In this document: positions 1-8,909 of the stretch, piece after piece
Numbering within the stretch: position 1 is the first letter of the stretch
How the letters are laid out: each line of letters begins with the position of its first letter
The notes under the pieces: generated by a model
What the model saw: the letters and a program-made list of their open reading frames with translations, nothing else
Databases searched by the model: none
Told to the model about the DNA's origin: nothing
Program-made: the position numbers and the translations under genes
Source of the DNA: Vicinamibacterales bacterium
GTDB taxonomy: Bacteria > Acidobacteriota > Vicinamibacteria > Vicinamibacterales > UBA8438
Length of the DNA: 64,000 nt
Assembly (NCBI GenBank): GCA_965229825.1
Contig: CBDDJQ010000010.1
Location: forward strand, 159,417-223,416
Reading direction: 5' to 3'

Positions 1-14
1 ATGGCCCCCAGAAC

Positions 15-2591
15 GTGAGCGGCACCAGCACCACGATCGCGGGCTTGGCCGCCGACCCCGCCGCCTACCAGGTGCAGGTGCGGGCCACCAACGACGAGGG
101 CGACGGTCCCTGGTCGCCGACGGGGCGCATCGGCGGTGGTGGTGGCGGTGCCCGTAACGATCCGCCGCTGGCGGTCGACGACGCAGCGGAGACGGTGGAC
201 GGCACGGCCGTGTTCATCGACGTGCTCGCCAACGACAGCGACCCCAACGGAGACACGCTGACGGTGGTGGAGGTATCGGCGCCGGCGCACGGCACGGCGG
301 TGGTGGCGGCGGCGGCGGCGGGTACGGTGGAGTACACGCCGGAGGCGGACTTTCACGGCACCGACCGCTTCACGTACGTCGTGGGCGACGGATCGGGGCT
401 GACAGCGCGGGCGGCGGTGGAGGTGACGGTGCTGCCAGTGAACGATCCGCCGCTGGCGGTCGACGACGCAGCGGAGACGGTGGAGGGCACGGCCGTGTTC
501 ATCGACGTGCTCGCCAACGACAGCGACCCCAACGGAGACACGCTGACGGTGGTGGAGGTATCGGCGCCGGCGCACGGCACGGCGGTGGCGGCGGCGGCGG
601 GTACGGTGGAGTACACGCCGGAGGCGGACTTTCACGGCACCGACCGCTTCACGTACGTCGTGGGCGACGGATCGGGGCTGACAGCGCGGGCGGCGGTGGA
701 GGTGACGGTGCTGCCAGTGAACGATCCGCCGCTGGCGGTCGACGACGTAGCGGAGACGGTGGAGGGCACGGCCGTGTTCATCGACGTGCTCGCCAACGAC
801 AGCGACCCCAACGGAGACACGCTGACGGTGGTGGAGGTATCGGCGCCGGCGCACGGCACGGCGGTGGTGGCGGCGGCGGGTACGGTGGAGTACACGCCGG
901 GGCCGGACTTTCACGGCACCGACCGCTTGACGTACGTGGTGGGGGACGGATCGGGGCTGACGGCGCGGGCGGCGGTGGAGGTGACGGTGCTGCCGGTGAA
1001 CGACCCGCCGCTGGCGGGCGACGACGCGGCGGACACACCCGAGGACACGTCGGTGACCATCGACGTGCTCGCCAACGACAGCGACCCCAACGGGGACACG
1101 CTGACGGTGGTGGAGGTATCGGCGCCGGTGCACGGCACGGCGGTGGTGGCGGCGGCGGGTACGGTGGAGTACACGCCGGAGCCGGACTTTCACGGCACCG
1201 ACCGCTTGACGTACGTGGTGGGGGACGGATCGGGGCTGACGGCGCGGGCGGCGGTGGAGGTGACGGTGCTGCCGGTGAACGACCCGCCGCTGGCGGGCGA
1301 CGACGCGGCGGACACGCCCGAGGACACGTCGGTGACCATCGCCGTGCTCGCCAACGACAGCGACCCCAACGGGGACACGCTGACGGTGGTGGAGGTATCG
1401 ACGCCGGTGCACGGCACGGCGGTGGTGGCGGCGGCGGGTACGGTGGAGTACACGCTGGAGCCGGACTTTCACGGCACCGACCGCTTGACGTACGTGGTGG
1501 GGGACGGATCGGGGCTGACGGCGCGGGCGGCGGTGGAGGTGACGGTGCTGCCGGTGAACGACCCGCCGCTGGCGGGCGACGACGCGGCGGACACGCCCGA
1601 GGACACGTCGGTGACCATCGCCGTGCTCAGGAACGACAGCGACGGCGACGGGGACGCGCTGGCGCTGGTGGAGGCGTCGGCGCCGGCGCACGGCAGCGCG
1701 CGGCTGACCGACGCGGGCGCGGTGGAGTACACGCTGGAGCCGGACTTTCACGGCACCGACCGCTTGACGTACGTGGTGGGGGACGGATCGGGGCTGACGG
1801 CGCGGGCGGCGGTGGAGGTGACGGTGCTGCCGGTGAACGACCCGCCGCTGGCAACGGGCGTCATCCCCGACCAGACCCTGGATGTCGGAGACGGGCCGGC
1901 GGTGCTCGATCTGATCCCGTTCTTCGAGGACCGGGACGGCGATGCGCTCGGCTACACGGCCGTCGTGTCGGATCAGGCCGTGGCGGTGAGCCTCACCGGC
2001 GCGACGTTGACGCTGACCGCAACGCGTCTGGGTACGGCGACGGTGACGGTGACGGCACAGGATCCCGGCGGGCTGACGGCGACGCAGGCGTTCCTGGTCA
2101 CGACGACCGACCACCAGGCGCGGGGCGTTGTGGAGGACACGCTGGCGGCGCTGGGCCGCGGGCATCTGGCGAGCGCGCGGGCGACGCTCGGTCGGCGCGT
2201 CGAGACGACGGGCCAGGAGGAGTCGCAGGTCACGGTGGCGGGGCTGCACGTGCCGCTGGGGACGGGCGTGGCCGCCGCCGGATGGGCCGTGGCGGAGCGC
2301 TGGATCACGGGCGTGGCGGGCGGCATGCCGCTGCAGTCCGGCGGCCGGACCGGGATGGACGCGGCGCCGGGGGCGGAAGCGGTCGGTGCGCCTGGTGCGC
2401 TGGGCGCTCCCGCTGCACGACTCGGCATGGCCGGCGGCGCGCCGTTCGGGGAGGGCGCCTCACCCACCCGCTCCAATTGGTCGCCGCTGAGCGCTGGCGG
2501 TCAGACGGAGTTCCTGTTGGCGCTCGGCCGCGGGCAGGCCGGCGGCGGCGCGGCGCCGGGGCCGCACTGGACGGTCTGGGGGGCAGCATGA
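15..2591 (+). CDS. Large surface adhesin, passenger part. Partial at the 5' end: the frame stays open to the window start. Contains an FN3 tail, six 93-aa 'tandem-95'/cadherin-like Ig repeats and one divergent Ig-like domain.
   Basis: The N-terminus reads ...YQVQVRATNDEGDGPWSP, an FN3 C-terminal signature. The repeated unit is NDPPLAxDDAAxTxEgTxVxIDVLANDSDPNGDTLTVVEVSAPxHGTAVVAAAGTVEYTPExDFHGTDRxTYVVGDGSGLTARAAVEVTVLPV. There is no stop between nt 3 and 15 in this frame. Confidence 0.85.
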   Translation: MSGTSTTIAGLAADPAAYQVQVRATNDEGDGPWSPTGRIGGGGGGARNDPPLAVDDAAETVDGTAVFIDVLANDSDPNGDTLTVVEVSAPAHGTAVVAAAAAGTVEYTPEADFHGTDRFTYVVGDGSGLTARAAVEVTVLPVNDPPLAVDDAAETVEGTAVFIDVLANDSDPNGDTLTVVEVSAPAHGTAVAAAAGTVEYTPEADFHGTDRFTYVVGDGSGLTARAAVEVTVLPVNDPPLAVDDVAETVEGTAVFIDVLANDSDPNGDTLTVVEVSAPAHGTAVVAAAGTVEYTPGPDFHGTDRLTYVVGDGSGLTARAAVEVTVLPVNDPPLAGDDAADTPEDTSVTIDVLANDSDPNGDTLTVVEVSAPVHGTAVVAAAGTVEYTPEPDFHGTDRLTYVVGDGSGLTARAAVEVTVLPVNDPPLAGDDAADTPEDTSVTIAVLANDSDPNGDTLTVVEVSTPVHGTAVVAAAGTVEYTLEPDFHGTDRLTYVVGDGSGLTARAAVEVTVLPVNDPPLAGDDAADTPEDTSVTIAVLRNDSDGDGDALALVEASAPAHGSARLTDAGAVEYTLEPDFHGTDRLTYVVGDGSGLTARAAVEVTVLPVNDPPLATGVIPDQTLDVGDGPAVLDLIPFFEDRDGDALGYTAVVSDQAVAVSLTGATLTLTATRLGTATVTVTAQDPGGLTATQAFLVTTTDHQARGVVEDTLAALGRGHLASARATLGRRVETTGQEESQVTVAGLHVPLGTGVAAAGWAVAERWITGVAGGMPLQSGGRTGMDAAPGAEAVGAPGALGAPAARLGMAGGAPFGEGASPTRSNWSPLSAGGQTEFLLALGRGQAGGGAAPGPHWTVWGAA
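159..1835 (+). repeat. Six tandem, near-identical 279-bp (93-aa) coding repeats. The first copy is 282 bp.
   Basis: The antisense ORF track shows the same 87-aa artefact ORF six times at an exact 279-bp spacing (353, 632, 911, 1190, 1469...). Direct reading of the DNA confirms the repeats. Confidence 0.95.
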
Positions 2592-3400
2592 CCAGCAAGC
2601 GTTCGGCGGCGAGCGATCGCCGGCGGCGCGCTATGACGGGCACCTCCGGACGGCGTACGTGGGCTTCGACGGGCGGCTGAGCGAGCGCTGGCTGGCTGGC
2701 GTGGCCGTGTCGCGCAGCCGCGGGGACGGCGACTGGACCTTCGGTTCGTCGGCCGGCCGGCTGACGACGACCCTGACGTCGGTCCGTATCTGCGGTGGTC
2801 GGACGGCGGTACGACGATCTGGGCCACGGCCGGCAGCGGCCACGGGTCGGCGGAGAACGAGCGGGTGCGGTACGGGCTGCAGGAGGAGAGCGCCCTCGGG
2901 CTGCGGCTGGGCCTGGTGGAGGTGCGCCGGCGGCTGGCGACGGTCGGCGGCGGCGTGGAGCTGCAGCTCCGCGGCGACGCGTCATGGGCGCGGCTGACGA
3001 CCGCCGCGGGCGACGAGCTGATCGACGCGCTCGGGGTGGACGTGCACCAGTTGCGTGTCGGGATCGACGTGAGCCGCACGGTGCGCACCGCGGGCGGGAC
3101 GCTGGTGGAGCCGTTCGGCGAAGTCCATGCGCGGCGCGACGGCGGCTCGGGCCAGACCGGCGCCGGCCTGGAGGTGGCCGGCGGACTACGGGTGGCGCGT
3201 GGCGTGTTCCGCGTCGAAGGCATGGGCCGGCTGCTGGCGCTGCACGCGGCCGACGGCTACCGGGAGCACGGCGGCGCCGTGACGCTGAGCGTGGGTGACG
3301 GCGCGCGGCAGCCGGGCCTGACGCTCTCGCTCTCGCCGCGCTGGGGCGCGCGGGCGACGGCCAGCGACGCCCGCGGCGATCGGCGGCGGGGCCGCCATCG
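2582..3400 (+). pseudogene. Autotransporter (type Va) beta-barrel translocator domain belonging to the upstream adhesin. It is split over three frames by at least two frameshifts.
   Basis: Reading across the G-run at about 2581-2586 gives WTVWG-QHDQQAFGGERSPAARYDGHLRTAYVGFDGRLSERWLAGVAVSRSRGDGDW. A second shift near 2785-2790 gives ...TSV/PYLRWSDGGTTIWATAGSGHGSAENERVRYGLQEESALGLRLGLVEVRR...LSLSPRWGA. The pattern of alternating beta-strands is classic for an autotransporter beta-domain. The 3' end is uncertain. Confidence 0.6.
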
Positions 3401-3439
3401 TCATCAGCACGACGAACGAGTGGACGGGGCTGGGCCTCC

Positions 3440-3960
3440 GGGTGGCCGAGACCCAGGCCCAGCGGGAGGCCCCAGCCACAGGCCCTCCCGGAGGGCACAG
3501 GGCCCTCGAGGGCCCTGGCGGACCGGAGAGGGCCCAAGGCAGGGGAGGCCCGGGGCCCTGGACGGGCTGGACGAGCCCCACGCCGCTGAGCTCGAGAGCC
3601 TACGGCGAGCTGAGCGGAGCGAAGCCCTGACCGCCCTCGCGGGGCTAAAAGCGGCCGGCGTGTGTTGGCGGCAATGGCCTGGTACATGGCCACGGGCGGC
3701 GGCCTGATCAGAGCACCGGCAACATCCCTCGTCACGGACAGCCTCACCGGCACAGCCCCGGCCAAGCCCGGGAGAACACCTGCTGACACAAGCCGGGGCC
3801 ACGGCCCATCCACGAGGTCGACGAGCCAGCCCGAAGCCCCCCCGAGGCCGCAAAACGGGGCGACAGACCCCCAGGGCCCTGCGGCCCCGGGACAGGGCCC
3901 TACCCCCAGGGCCCTAGGGCCCAAGAGGGCCCTGACCCCCCCGGTCCAGGGGCCTGGGAC
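3440..3960. repeat. Non-coding stretch densely populated with the palindrome GGGCCC, mostly as AGGGCCCT
   Basis: I count nine GGGCCC sites by eye. Four lie in 3496-3560 and five in 3872-3935, for example cccagggccctgcggccccgggacagggccctacccccagggccctagggcccaagagggccctgacc. Confidence 0.7.
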
Positions 3961-4282
3961 CGGTCATCCGCCCGAGAGGCGTGAAGCGAAGAAAAAACGA
4001 ATTTCGGGTCCCTGCGGGGACCCACCTTGGATGTCCCCGACGCCGAGACCAATCATGGAGCATGAAGCACAGAGTTTCGATCGGCGCGCGTTCCTGCTGG
4101 AAATGGGTGCCTACGACGGGGTGACTATGGCGTAACCCCCTTTATGGGACCCTCGGGCGGGCGGGACCCGGATCTTGCATTGCCCGGCCGCGATGTAAAA
4201 CCTTCTACTAACATGTCCAAAGACATGCGCGCTCTGAATCGTCCCAACCCACACGAGCGCAACGGGTTGACCGGGATCTAGG

Positions 4283-4776
4283 ATGCCCCCCAAGCCCCGA
4301 TGGCTCCTCGCCATACCCGACGCCATCAGCCAGCTCGAAAAGCTCGACCGGACCCTCCTCACCCGCCGCGACATCGAGCGGCTCTTCGGCGTCTCGACCG
4401 CCCGGGCGGCGACCCTCATGCAGACCTTCGGCGCCGAGATGACCGGCTACCAGAGAACGCTGCCCCGGACGAAGCTCCTCCGCCAGCTCCGGAAACACCG
4501 GGCCCGGGCCGCCTTCCGCGGGGAAAGAGGAACGGCGGGCGCGGCTGGCGGCCGAGCTCCAGAAGGCCCGGCCTGACCGGGATCCGAGTGACCGTTCCCG
4601 TAGAGGCGCGGGGCGGCTCGCCAGCCTGCCCGAGGGCGTCTCGGTCGCGCGGGACCGGATCGAAGTACGTTGGGGCGAAGGAGGCCGTCGCGCGGCTCTT
4701 CGCCCTGGCCCAGGTCCTGACCAACGACTACGACCGCTTCGAAACGCTCGTCGGCAGGGAAGAGGTGTCCGAATGA
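4283..4776 (+). pseudogene. Hypothetical protein gene upstream of the integrase, frameshifted
   Basis: The N-terminal part (MPPKPRWLLAIPDAISQLEKLDRTLLTRRDIERLFG...) is in one frame. The plausible C-terminus (...AKEAVARLFALAQVLTNDYDRFETLVGREEVSE) is in another. The stop overlaps the integrase ATG (ATGA at 4773-4776). Confidence 0.5.
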
Positions 4777-5310
4777 GCGAAGCCCTGGTTCCGGAGTACT
4801 CCGGGCCGCCAGTCACGCGCAGGGGAGAGACCGCGGCCGTCGTGCTGCCGCAGCTGATCGTCGACGCCGGGCCGGCCGCCGTCGAACGGTTTCTGGAGTT
4901 CTTCGCGGCGGGGATCGCGAACGGGAGGACGCGGGCGGCGTACGGGCGGGCCGTGGGCCGTTTCTGGCGTGGTGCGAGGCGCGAGGCCTCGGCCTGGGCT
5001 CAGTCTCGCCGCTCCACGTCGCCGCCTACATTCGGAGATCGGTCCCCACGGTGAAGCAGCACCTGGCGGCGATCCGCATGCTGTGCGACTGGCTCGTCGT
5101 CAGCCAGGTCCTCCCCGCGAACCCGGCCTCGGCCGTCCGGGGGCCGAAGTACGTTGTCACCAAGGGCTCGACGCCGGTCCTCGCGCCGGCCGAAGCGCGG
5201 AAAGCTCCTCGACTGCATCCGACACCGGCTCTCTGGCCGTGGCTCCGAGACCGGGCCCTCCTCAGCGTCATGCCAGCTTCGCGCGGGTGAGCGCGGTCCT
5301 GGGGATGAGA
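4773..5310 (+). pseudogene. Tyrosine recombinase/integrase remnant. Only the N-terminal SAM-like domain and the start of the catalytic domain remain, with multiple frameshifts and a truncation.
   Basis: Stitched across frames the sequence reads ...FLEFFAAGIANGRTRAAYGRAVGRF/LAWCEARGLGLGSVSPLHVAAYIRRSVPTVKQHLAAIRMLCDWLVVSQVLPANPASAVRGPKYVVTKGSTPVLAPAEAR/KLLDCI/DTGSLA/LRDRALLSVM/..SFARVSAVLGMRR. No R..HxxR..Y catalytic residues follow. Confidence 0.75.
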
Positions 5311-5465
5311 CGGTCCCGCCAGGACAAAGCAGGGGTTCCCGAGGGTGCCCAAGGCGCAACGGTCGCTCCGGTAGAATGGCAGGCCTCAGTCCCCGAGAGC
5401 CGAACCAAGAATCGGCCCGGACGCGGCCAGCCAGGCTAAGAAGCAACTCGACGCAATGAGGTGGC

Positions 5466-8400
5466 ATGACGCTTGAGACGCGGAGTCCGAACTTGTCTCC
5501 TGGCGCCGTGGTCCGAGGACCGCTGCTCCCCGAGCCCGTCGAGGTCATCACCGCGATTCCGATGGGCGAATCGGTCAAGCTCATCGCGAAGGGTCTGAAG
5601 ACCGGCAGGGTTCACGACCCAATCCTGAACGCGGACCAGCTTGCACAGCTCACGGTCTCCCCGGCCACCGAGCCTTTCGACGGGGATGCTGTCCGCTTCC
5701 GGCTCGGCATCGAGGCCGAACGCCTGGGACTCGCCTACGAGTATGACCCCTATTTCTCGCTCTCGATCGCGCGAGTGGACCCGCTGCCCCACCAGCTCGA
5801 GGCGGTCTACGAGTACTTCCTCCCGCTCCCGCGCATCCGCTTCCTGCTCGCCGACGACCCTGGCGCCGGCAAGACGATCATGGCTGGGCTGCTCCTTAAG
5901 GAGCTCAAGATCCGCGGTCTCGTCCAGCGCACGCTGATCGTTGCGCCCGCGAACCTCACGTTCCAGTGGCAGCGGGAGATGAAGGACAAGTTCCGGGAAA
6001 CCTTCGAGGTGATGCGCGGCGAGATCCTCCGAAGCCAGTACGGCCAGAACCCCTGGCAGGAGAAGAACCAGGTCGTGACCTCGGTGTCGTGGATCTCGCG
6101 GATCGAGGACGCCAAGGAGAGCCTGCTCCGCAGCCGCTGGGATCTCGTCATCGTGGACGAGGCCCACAAGATGAGTGCCTACAGCCACGAGAAGAAGACG
6201 CTCGCCTTCCAGCTCGGCGAGGCGCTTTCCGAGCGCACCGACCACTACCTGCTAATGACGGCGACGCCCCACAAGGGCGACCCGGAGAACTTCCGCCTGT
6301 TTCTCTCGCTCCTCGACCGCGACGTCTACGGCGACGTGAAGAGCCTCGAGGAGGCGATGCGCCGGCACGAGGCGCCCTTCTACCTGCGCCGGACCAAGGA
6401 GGCGCTCGTCAGCTTCCCCGACGAGCAGGGCAACGTCCACCCGCTCTTCACCAACCGCGACGTCCGTACGGCCAAGTTCGACCTCGACGGCGAGGAGTAC
6501 GACTTCTACGACGCCCTCACGCGCTACGTCGAGGACCAGTCGATGAAGGCAGCCGCAAGCGACTCGCCGCAGGCCCGCGCCCTCGGCTTCATCATGGCAA
6601 TGCTGCAGCGGCGCTTCGCCTCCAGCGTTTACGCCGTGCGCCGCAGCCTCGAGCGCATGCGCGAGAAGCGGGAGAAGATCCTCGAGGATCCGGAGAAGTA
6701 CCGCCGCGAGCAGATCGAGCGCAGGCTGCCCGACGACTTCGACGACCTGACCGAAGAAGAGCAGGACGAGATCCGCGACCGGCTCGAAGGCGTCGTCGTC
6801 TCGATCGACCCGGCGGCGCTGCGCGACGAGATCCAACGCCTCGCGAAGCTCATTGAGCGCGCCAAGACCCTCGAGGCACGGGAGGTCGAGTCGAAGCTCG
6901 CCAAGCTACGTGAGGTGCTGAACGAGCAGAACATCTTCGGCGACCAGCGCATGAAGCTGCTCGTGTTCACTGAGCACAAGGACACGCTCGACTACCTCGC
7001 CGGCGACGGCAGGGACGGGCGCCCGCTCGGAAAACTCCGGGAGTGGGGCCTCACCGTCACGCAGATCCACGGTGGCATGAAGATCGGCGACCGGGACAGG
7101 CCCGGCACCCGCATCCATGCCGAGCGCGAGTTCCGCGAAGACGCCCAGGTCCTGGTGGCGACCGAGGCCGCGGGCGAGGGGATCAACCTCCAGTTCTGCT
7201 GGTTCATGATCAACTACGACATCCCCTGGAACCCGGTGCGGCTTGAGCAGCGCATGGGCCGCATCCACCGCTATGGCCAGACCCACGACTGCCTGATTTT
7301 CAACTTCGTGGCGGTGAACACGCGCGAGGGACGCGTGCTGCAGAAGCTCCTGGCGCGCCTGCTGGAGATTAAGAACGAGCTCGGCACGGACAAGGTCTTC
7401 GACGTGGTCGGTGAAGTCTTCCCGTCGAACCTCCTGGAGAAGCTGTTCCGCGAGATGTACGCCCAGAGGCTCTCTGCACCGAGCATCGAAGAGCGTATCG
7501 TCCGCGAGATCAACCCCGAACGCTTCCGCGCGATCACGGAATCCACGCTGGAGGGACTCGCGAAGCGCGAGCTGAATCTTGGCACCCTGATCGGCAAGTC
7601 TGCCGAATCCAAAGAGCGCCGGCTCGTTCCCGAGGTCATCGAGGACTTCTTCGTCGCCGCCGGGCCGGTCGCCGGCGTGCATCCGGCCGCCCAGCGAGGA
7701 AGCCCGCATGTCTATCGCATCGGCAAGGTGCCCAGCACCCTCGTCACCCTCGGCGAAAGGCTGGAGCCGCGGTTTGGCCGGCTCGGCAAGACCTACCAAC
7801 GCATCACATTCGACAAGGCTCGCCTCGGCGATGACCAGACCCTGGAATGGGTGACACCGGGCCATCCGCTCTTTGAGGTCGTTCGCGCCGACCTCCGCGA
7901 GAGAGTGGGCGACGATCTGCAGCGCGGGGCGGTCTTCTTCGACCTGCATTCCGGCGAGCCTTATCGGGTCGACGTCTTTGGCGCCTCCATCAAGGACGGC
8001 CGAGGCCTCACGCTGCACCGCCGGCTGTTCGTGATGCGCGCCGACGCCGCCGGCACGCTCTCCGTGCGCCAGCCTACGCTGCTCCTCGATGTGATCCCCG
8101 CCCCTAAGGGCACGGCTGTGCCGGCGGCGCCTGGCTTGCCCGACCGCCAAGCCGTCGAGCTGGCGCTCGTAACCCGAGCGCTCGAGCCCTTCCTCGCCGA
8201 GGTCTCCGAGCAGCGCGCACGAGAGAACCAAGTCGTCCGAGAGCACATCGAGATCTCGCTCGGCGAACTGACCCACCGCCAGAATCTCCAGCTCGCCGAC
8301 TTCGTCTCGAAGCAGCAGGCCGGGGACACGACCCCGGGGCTCGCCGGCAACATCGCACAGGCGGAGCAGCACCTCGACGAGCTGAACCGGCGCCTCGAGA

Positions 8401-8909
8401 CTCGGCGCGAGCAGCTCCAGATGGAGCGGCACTGCACGATCGGCGACATCGCGCACCTCGGCCGCACGTGGGTGCTGCCGCACCCCGACCGCACAAGCCC
8501 CGGCATCGCGCCGATGGTGCGCGACGAGGAGATTGAGCGGATCGCGGTTCACGAGGCGTTCAAGCACGAGGAGGCTCGCGGCTGGGTCGCCGAGAGCGTC
8601 GAGTCCGAGAACCGGGGCTTCGATCTGATTTCCCGCAAGCCGCACGCGCACGACCCGAAGACCTTCGTCGAGGTCCGCTTCATCGAGGTCAAGGGCCGCG
8701 CTGGTGTCGCCGAGGTCGCCCTGAGCGCGAACGAATACAAGACCGCTCGGCGGCTCGGCGCCGACTATTGGCTCTATGTCGTCTACAACTGCGCCGAGAC
8801 GCCCGAGCTCCACGTAATCCACGAGCCCGCCCGGCTCGGCTGGAAGCCGGTCGTGCGGGTAGAGCACTACCATCTCGGGGCGACTGAGATCTTGAGAGGG
8901 CGCCGATGA
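5466..8909 (+). CDS. SNF2/DEAH-family helicase with a C-terminal DUF3883-type, restriction-endonuclease-like domain (HmaA-like)
   Basis: Helicase motifs present: LADDPGAGKT (I), VIVDEAHKM (II), LLMTATPHKG (III), VLVATEAAGEGINLQ (V), PWNPVRLEQRMGRIHRYGQ (VI). The C-terminus reads ENRGFDLISRK...FIEVKGR...YWLYVVYNC, a D...E-x-K type motif. The SD GAGGTG precedes the ATG. Confidence 0.9.
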   Translation: MTLETRSPNLSPGAVVRGPLLPEPVEVITAIPMGESVKLIAKGLKTGRVHDPILNADQLAQLTVSPATEPFDGDAVRFRLGIEAERLGLAYEYDPYFSLSIARVDPLPHQLEAVYEYFLPLPRIRFLLADDPGAGKTIMAGLLLKELKIRGLVQRTLIVAPANLTFQWQREMKDKFRETFEVMRGEILRSQYGQNPWQEKNQVVTSVSWISRIEDAKESLLRSRWDLVIVDEAHKMSAYSHEKKTLAFQLGEALSERTDHYLLMTATPHKGDPENFRLFLSLLDRDVYGDVKSLEEAMRRHEAPFYLRRTKEALVSFPDEQGNVHPLFTNRDVRTAKFDLDGEEYDFYDALTRYVEDQSMKAAASDSPQARALGFIMAMLQRRFASSVYAVRRSLERMREKREKILEDPEKYRREQIERRLPDDFDDLTEEEQDEIRDRLEGVVVSIDPAALRDEIQRLAKLIERAKTLEAREVESKLAKLREVLNEQNIFGDQRMKLLVFTEHKDTLDYLAGDGRDGRPLGKLREWGLTVTQIHGGMKIGDRDRPGTRIHAEREFREDAQVLVATEAAGEGINLQFCWFMINYDIPWNPVRLEQRMGRIHRYGQTHDCLIFNFVAVNTREGRVLQKLLARLLEIKNELGTDKVFDVVGEVFPSNLLEKLFREMYAQRLSAPSIEERIVREINPERFRAITESTLEGLAKRELNLGTLIGKSAESKERRLVPEVIEDFFVAAGPVAGVHPAAQRGSPHVYRIGKVPSTLVTLGERLEPRFGRLGKTYQRITFDKARLGDDQTLEWVTPGHPLFEVVRADLRERVGDDLQRGAVFFDLHSGEPYRVDVFGASIKDGRGLTLHRRLFVMRADAAGTLSVRQPTLLLDVIPAPKGTAVPAAPGLPDRQAVELALVTRALEPFLAEVSEQRARENQVVREHIEISLGELTHRQNLQLADFVSKQQAGDTTPGLAGNIAQAEQHLDELNRRLETRREQLQMERHCTIGDIAHLGRTWVLPHPDRTSPGIAPMVRDEEIERIAVHEAFKHEEARGWVAESVESENRGFDLISRKPHAHDPKTFVEVRFIEVKGRAGVAEVALSANEYKTARRLGADYWLYVVYNCAETPELHVIHEPARLGWKPVVRVEHYHLGATEILRGRR

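Noticed and set aside
2305-3924. Long ORFs (500-1100 aa) antisense to or overlapping real genes: 2305-3924(-), 6906-8873(-), 10877-11935(-), 15290-17428(-), 18294-19778(+), 24439-25803(+), 25695-27683(-), 25892-27736(+), 28292-30190(+), 32713-34374(-), 33893-35617(-), 35347-36945(-), 41492-44257(-), 41644-44844(+), 44666-46363(+), 46003-47703(-), 46269-47768(+), 53788-55347(+), 54857-56692(+), 60844-62046(-) and others.
   Set aside because: They are Arg/Pro/Gly/Ala-rich low-complexity translations, typical of stop-codon-poor frames in high-GC DNA. Each overlaps a frame with clear family motifs, and none has a recognisable domain.
4056-4136. 26-aa ORF MEHEAQSFDRRAFLLEMGAYDGVTMA in the lower-GC spacer
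   Set aside because: It is too short, has no SD sequence and has no supporting evidence.
5365-5465. Promoter for the defence operon (TAGAAT at about 5372-5377)
   Set aside because: A plausible -10 hexamer exists, but I could not find a matching -35 element. This is not enough to call a promoter from sequence alone.
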